Shown: positions 60,984-64,000 of the stretch, piece after piece
Layout: every line of letters begins with the position of its first letter
How positions within the stretch are numbered: the stretch's first letter is position 1
Origin: Mobula hypostoma
Lineage: Eukaryota
DNA: 64,000 nt
Direction of reading: 5' to 3'
NCBI RefSeq assembly: GCF_963921235.1
Contig: NC_086097.1
Coordinates: forward strand, 230,456,001-230,520,000
Program-made: the position numbers and the translations under genes
Notes under the pieces: model-generated
What the model was told of the DNA's origin: nothing
The model's database searches: none
Seen by the model: the letters and a program-made list of their open reading frames with translations, nothing else

Positions 60984-61262
60984 TACTTATTTATTTAGTT
61001 TAGAGATATAACGTGGAATAGGCCTTATCTGGCTCTCCAAGCCAAGCTGCACAGCAACCCCTGACAACCCCGATTTAACTCTAACCCAATCAGGGGACAA
61101 CTTACGATGACTGATTAACCTACCCAGTACGTCTTTGGACTGTGGGAGGAAAGTGGAGCACCCAAGGAAAAACCACGGGGAGAACGTAAAAACTTGTTGT
61201 AGAGGAAGCTGGGAATGAACTCTGAACTCCGACGCCCTGAGCTGTAATGAGCATCACGAGCA
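60984..61262 (-). mobile_element. V-domain SINE copy
   Basis: TCTTTGGACTGTGGGAGGAAAGTGGAGCACCC...GGGGAGAACGTA with a (TTTA)n tail. Confidence 0.75.
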
Positions 61263-61429
61263 CTGAACTGGAAGTAGTTCGAGCAATCTGGTCTTGGGCT
61301 GGAGGGTCTACTTAGATTCCTGGCTGGTGGGAAGGGAAGAGCAGATTTTGCATCCCCTGTGACTGCATGAGCAAGTGATATTGGGAGGGGAGGGGTTGGT
61401 GAGGATAGCAGAGAAAATCTATGTTTATT

Positions 61430-61923
61430 ACACACAGTAGCAACTTTATTCAGTCCAGGAGGTACCTAATAAAGTAAGCACTGAGTGTAGCGTGTTGGTA
61501 GTCTTCTGCCACTGTAGCCCATCCATTTCAGGGTTTGATGTGGTGTGCATTCAGCAATGCGTTCCTGCTGGCCATTTTCCTCTGAGCTCTCTCATTAACA
61601 AGGCATTTTCGCTCACAGAACTGCCACTCACTGGATGTTTTTTTTTATTGCTCCTTGCACCATTCTCTGTAAACTCCAAGGAATATTGTGCATGAAAATT
61701 CCAGGAGATTAGCAGTTTCTGAGGTACTCAAATCACCCTGTCTGGCACCAACAATCATTCCACGGTCAGAGTCACTTGGATCACATTTCTTTCCCATTCT
61801 GATGTTTGGTCTGAACAACAACTGAATCTCTTGACCAAGTCTGCATGCTATTATTTGATTGGCTGATTAAATAAATGTACTAACGAGGTGTGCAGTTGTA
61901 CATACTAATGTGGCCACTGAGTG
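61430..61923. mobile_element. Non-autonomous Tc1-like element
   Basis: Termini TA-CACACAGTAGCAACTTTATT and AATGTGGCCACTGAGTG-TA, plus an internal TIR copy CCTAATAAAGTAAGCACTGAGTGTA (about 61465-61489). Confidence 0.6.
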
Positions 61924-61934
61924 TATACTGCAAC

Positions 61935-62730
61935 TGGTTTCTCCTCTTCTCACAGAATTACTTTGCCCAACCAATTTCACCCCCTCCACCCTCTCTTTTT
62001 CCATTCCCTATTCTGCCTCTCCTTTTACCCGTACTCTTCACCTGCCTATTTACATTCCTCTTTTGCCCTCCTTCCCTTCCTCCCATGGTCCACACTACTC
62101 ACCTATCAGATTCCTTTTTCTTCAGCCCTTTACCTTTTTCTTCAGCCCTTTACCTTTTCCACCTATCACTTCACAGCTTCTCACTTTGCTCCCCCTCCCC
62201 ACCCACTTACCTTCCCCCTCACCTGGTTTCACCTATCATATTCTAGCTTTCAACCCCCATCTTCTCTTTCTGTCTTCTCCCCCCTTCCTTTCTAGTCCTG
62301 ATGAAGGGTCTCTCCCCGAAATGTCAGTTTTTATTCCTCCCTGTGGAAGCTGCTTGACCTGCTGAGTCCCTGCAGCGTTTTGTGTGTGTTACTCAGTAAA
62401 TGCAATACCTGCCCTTTTTACCACTTCCCTTCCCACGGTCCAGACAACCAAAATGGCCTCCCAGATGAAGCAGTGAGTGCACTTGCACTTCTTCCAGGTT
62501 AGTATATTTCACTCAGTGCGCACGGGGTTTCTACTCTACATTAAAGAAGATAAATGTACATTGTGTGAGCTCTCTGCAGAACACACCTGCCCACCCTTCT
62601 CCCACTTTGACACCTCTTACTTTGGACTCCAACCCTTCACCAACAATGCCCAATGCTAGCTTAAGGAAAAACACCACACCATCCGTGCTGAAATCCTCAG
62701 GGCAATATTGAACCCGACAATTTCAAATAA
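61935..62730 (+). mobile_element. Penelope-type remnant: pseudo-LTR with degenerate hammerhead, followed by GIY-YIG region remnants
   Basis: AGTCCTGATGAAGGGTCTCTCCCCGAAATGTC near 62294. Downstream CACTTGCACTTCTTCCAGGTTAGTATAT...CTACTCTACATT resembles the TC.S..VY.I.C..C..LYIG motif. Confidence 0.55.
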
Positions 62731-63724
62731 TTTGTTGTTCCCGTTTGCCTGAATTGAGAAGTAAAGACATTTACTCGCAACATAAACTCTGTTTCACTTT
62801 CTCCACAGATGCAACCTGACTTCCTGAATACTTACAGCAATTTCAAAATTTCCAGCAGCTACAGACAACCCTGAAGTTACAGAGGAATTGCCTTCCTAGG
62901 AAACTGATCCATTTGATGATTTTCTGCAATGTGAACCTCCCTTTTCCCATTGAATGCCATGTTATAAGCTGAGATGCATTTCTACAAAATGGTTTTCTCT
63001 CAGATTAATCTATTTTAGCAGGTTTGACTAAGTGACAAACTATTCAACAGCTGAGGCTAATTCTGAGTTTGGGAAAGGACAAGGCTCACCACAAAGGAAC
63101 AACAATTTTTGTCAACTTTTTAATCTTTTATTTGCTCACTACTGTGAAGCAACAAAATTTGGAGATAACATCACCATACATTCTGGTTCAGCATTCACAA
63201 TGAAGTTCCTCCATTGCTACATCCTCTCCAGTTCAAAGACGTGTGAACAGGTGTGTCAGAGTGCAGCGCTGTTCTGCTTTTCTAAATAAGAGGCATTTTT
63301 CTCTGACATAGAAGAAGCGTGGATAAAGAAATGTTTTTGGACGTAGGAATGTCAGGGAAAGGGAAGGGATTCAAGGATCAGGGTTCATGGGATAAATGCA
63401 ATAGAGGACGAGTTTGGGGGTAATATGTTAAAGTGCTAAGATGTTGAAAATGGAGTAAAGGTCAAGGGATCACTCTAAAGAGGGGGCCATGGCTGCTAGG
63501 TCTCCCCTAGAGCAAAACCTCAGACAAAGTATCTTGCAGATTAAGAGCAGAACAGTACTGCGCTCTGAGACACCTGTTCATTTATCTTCAAAATGCAGAT
63601 GAGAGGGCTTCTCTCAATCAACAGCACATCCACATCTTATTGCCCCACGGTAATGAGTGACTAAAAATAAAATCAACAAAATCTGTGTTTTTTTTCTCCC
63701 CCACATTTTATTTGAAATGTTCGG

Positions 63725-64000
63725 ATCGGCAAAAGCACCTCCTCCACAATCTCCATCAGTGCAGGGATGTGTGCTTAGCCCCTTGCTCCACCTGCTTTAC
63801 ACCTGAGTACAGCTTCAAACCAATATATACAAGTTTGCTGACGACACCACTGTTGGGGGCTGTATCAAAGGGGGTGATGAATCAGTATACAGGAGGGAGA
63901 TTGAAAACTTAGCTGAGTGGTGTAATAACAACAAACGCTCACCCAATGTCAACAAGACCAAGGAACTGATTGTAGACTTCAGGGGAGGGAAACCAAAGGT
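63725..64000 (+). mobile_element. L2/Rex-type LINE RT fragment running off the window
   Basis: CAGGGATGTGTGCTTAGCCCC (QGCVLSP), AAGTTTGCTGACGACACC (KFADDT) and KTKELIVDFR. Confidence 0.8.

Noticed and set aside
1..64000. CRISPR arrays, operons or prokaryotic defence systems
   Set aside because: The sequence is eukaryotic repeat-rich DNA. No regularly spaced repeat-spacer array was seen, and all RT ORFs belong to LINE clades.

Overview
This is a repeat-dominated vertebrate genomic window, not a prokaryotic one. The repeat set (CR1 LINEs with an SGNH-esterase ORF1, V-domain tRNA SINEs, Penelope-derived fold-back elements, Rex1/L2-type LINEs, Tc1) points to a cartilaginous fish, probably a ray; that assignment is inference. 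I found no host protein-coding exon I can support. The only likely host-gene element is a CpG island with an AUG-less first exon on the minus strand (about 602-850), so the rest of the window is probably upstream or intergenic DNA. Four features stand out. (1) A full-length, TSD-flanked Ingi/Vingi-type retrotransposon (4134-7418, minus) whose first 62 nt fold into a compact HDV-like ribozyme. (2) A near-intact CR1 (27800-31771) with tandem -1 slippery heptamers (G_GGU_UUA and U_UUA_AAC) at the ORF1 stop, in register with ORF2. (3) Several TSD-flanked Penelope-derived hairpin elements carrying minimal type-I hammerhead cores. (4) Extensive nested insertions, including a Gypsy-type solo LTR in a CR1, a CR1 in a Tc1, and LINEs inserted antisense into their own family's 3' UTR. 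Most short ORFs in the track are antisense shadows of these repeats. Boundaries of degenerate repeats are approximate.
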